Part shown: positions 39,710 to 40,678 of the stretch, piece after piece
How the letters are laid out: every line of letters starts with the position of its first letter
Position numbering within the stretch: position 1 is the stretch's first letter
From: Herbinix sp.
GTDB taxonomy: Bacteria; Bacillota; Clostridia; Lachnospirales; Lachnospiraceae
Reading direction: 5' to 3'
DNA length: 40,678 nt
Assembly (NCBI GenBank): GCA_028701595.1
Contig: JAQVQL010000001.1
Span: 1-40,678 of the forward strand
The notes under the pieces: model-generated
What the model was told of the DNA's origin: nothing
The model's input: the letters and a program-made list of their open reading frames with translations, nothing else
Databases searched by the model: none
Position numbers and translations under genes: made by a program

Positions 39710-40678
39710 ATGCAAAACAGATTAGATTCAGTAGATATACCTTGGTTTAAAAAGGTATATAAAAGTAAATCCTTTTCAGCGTTTACCTCTGCACTGCTTG
39801 CAATATTCCTGGGATTGATAATAGGATTTATTGTTATGCTCATAGCAAAACCTGAAAAGGCTATGCCTGCTTTTCAAAAAATTCTACTTCATGGATTTAC
39901 TGATCTAGGCAATGTATTTTATTTTGCTACACCCATCATGATGACAGGCCTTGCGGTAGGCTTTGCATTTAAAATGGGACTTTTCAATATAGGAGCTTCC
40001 GGTCAATATACAATCGGTATGTTTTGTGCTATGTATGTTGGCTTTTTATGGGATCTACCCCCTGGTATTCATTGGCTTGTCTGTATACTGGCAGGTATGA
40101 TTGGAGGAATGCTTTGGGGTATAATACCAGGAATATTTAAGGCCTATCTAAATGTTAATGAGGTTATTACCTCTATAATGTTTAACTATATTGGAACATA
40201 TATGGTGGACATGCTGATTAAGGGTAATGGTAAGATGTATGTAGCGTCAACAACAAGAACCGCATACCTTCCAGGAACTGCACAGCTACCGTCATTAGGT
40301 TTTAAGAGTTCTGGCGTAAATATTTCCTTCTTTATTGCAATGGGTATAGCTATTGTATTATTTATAGTGTTGAATAATACAACATTTGGATATGAGCTAA
40401 AAGCAACGGGATATAACAAACATGCTAGTAAATATGCCGGTATGAAAGGTACTAGGAATATTATTCTGACCATGATGTTTGCAGGCGGATTAGCAGGTCT
40501 TGGTGGAGCATTTGCAATTCTTGCACCGTCTACTATAGCAGGAAGTAGTCAAACCTATGAGCCTATAAATGTTATTGCAGCTAATGGTTTTAACGGTATA
40601 GCGGTGGCTTTACTTGGTAATTCTAGCCCACTTGGAATTATATTCTCATCTATATTTATCTCTCATATACAAAGGGGA
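39710..40678 (+). CDS. ABC transporter permease, 3'-truncated by window end
   Basis: ATG 39710 after AAAGGAG; read by eye: GLFNIGASGQ, NEVITSIMFNY, TTFGYELKATG, GFNGIAVALLG. Absent from the ORF track because no stop is reached. Confidence 0.92.
   Translation, partial: MQNRLDSVDIPWFKKVYKSKSFSAFTSALLAIFLGLIIGFIVMLIAKPEKAMPAFQKILLHGFTDLGNVFYFATPIMMTGLAVGFAFKMGLFNIGASGQYTIGMFCAMYVGFLWDLPPGIHWLVCILAGMIGGMLWGIIPGIFKAYLNVNEVITSIMFNYIGTYMVDMLIKGNGKMYVASTTRTAYLPGTAQLPSLGFKSSGVNISFFIAMGIAIVLFIVLNNTTFGYELKATGYNKHASKYAGMKGTRNIILTMMFAGGLAGLGGAFAILAPSTIAGSSQTYEPINVIAANGFNGIAVALLGNSSPLGIIFSSIFISHIQRG

Overview
AT-rich chromosomal window from a spore-forming anaerobic clostridium (Lachnospiraceae-like; inferred from gene content). 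I saw no CRISPR array, tRNA/rRNA or transposase. Order: 3' part of a LacI regulator; a structured intergenic RNA candidate; a 9-gene V/A-type ATPase operon whose K subunit keeps the Na+ ligands; rubrerythrin; a FabX-like FMN/[4Fe-4S] enzyme behind a FabT-like palindrome; a DUF1858-gnd-zwf-cyclase-DUF438/hemerythrin/PAS cluster behind a perfect Crp/Fnr-type box; DegV; a small spore protein followed closely by pyruvate:ferredoxin oxidoreductase; a DUF6514-like gene; a germinant receptor operon (A-C-small-B); a minus-strand block (DUF4474, metallophosphoesterase, DUF421, M23 peptidase); an atypical Rnf-like operon followed by EetA/EetB-like genes and tdk; and a BMP-family ABC transporter cut by the window end. 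Best candidates for an undescribed system: (1) a reduced Rnf module (RnfC-D-G plus one fused RnfE/RnfA-like protein lacking the Fe-S cysteines, no RnfB), possibly an NADH-to-cell-surface electron conduit; (2) an oxidative pentose-phosphate operon with no pgl but a translationally coupled cyclase-family hydrolase, flanked by DUF1858 and DUF438 redox-sensing genes. All family calls come from motif recognition by eye; no database search was run.
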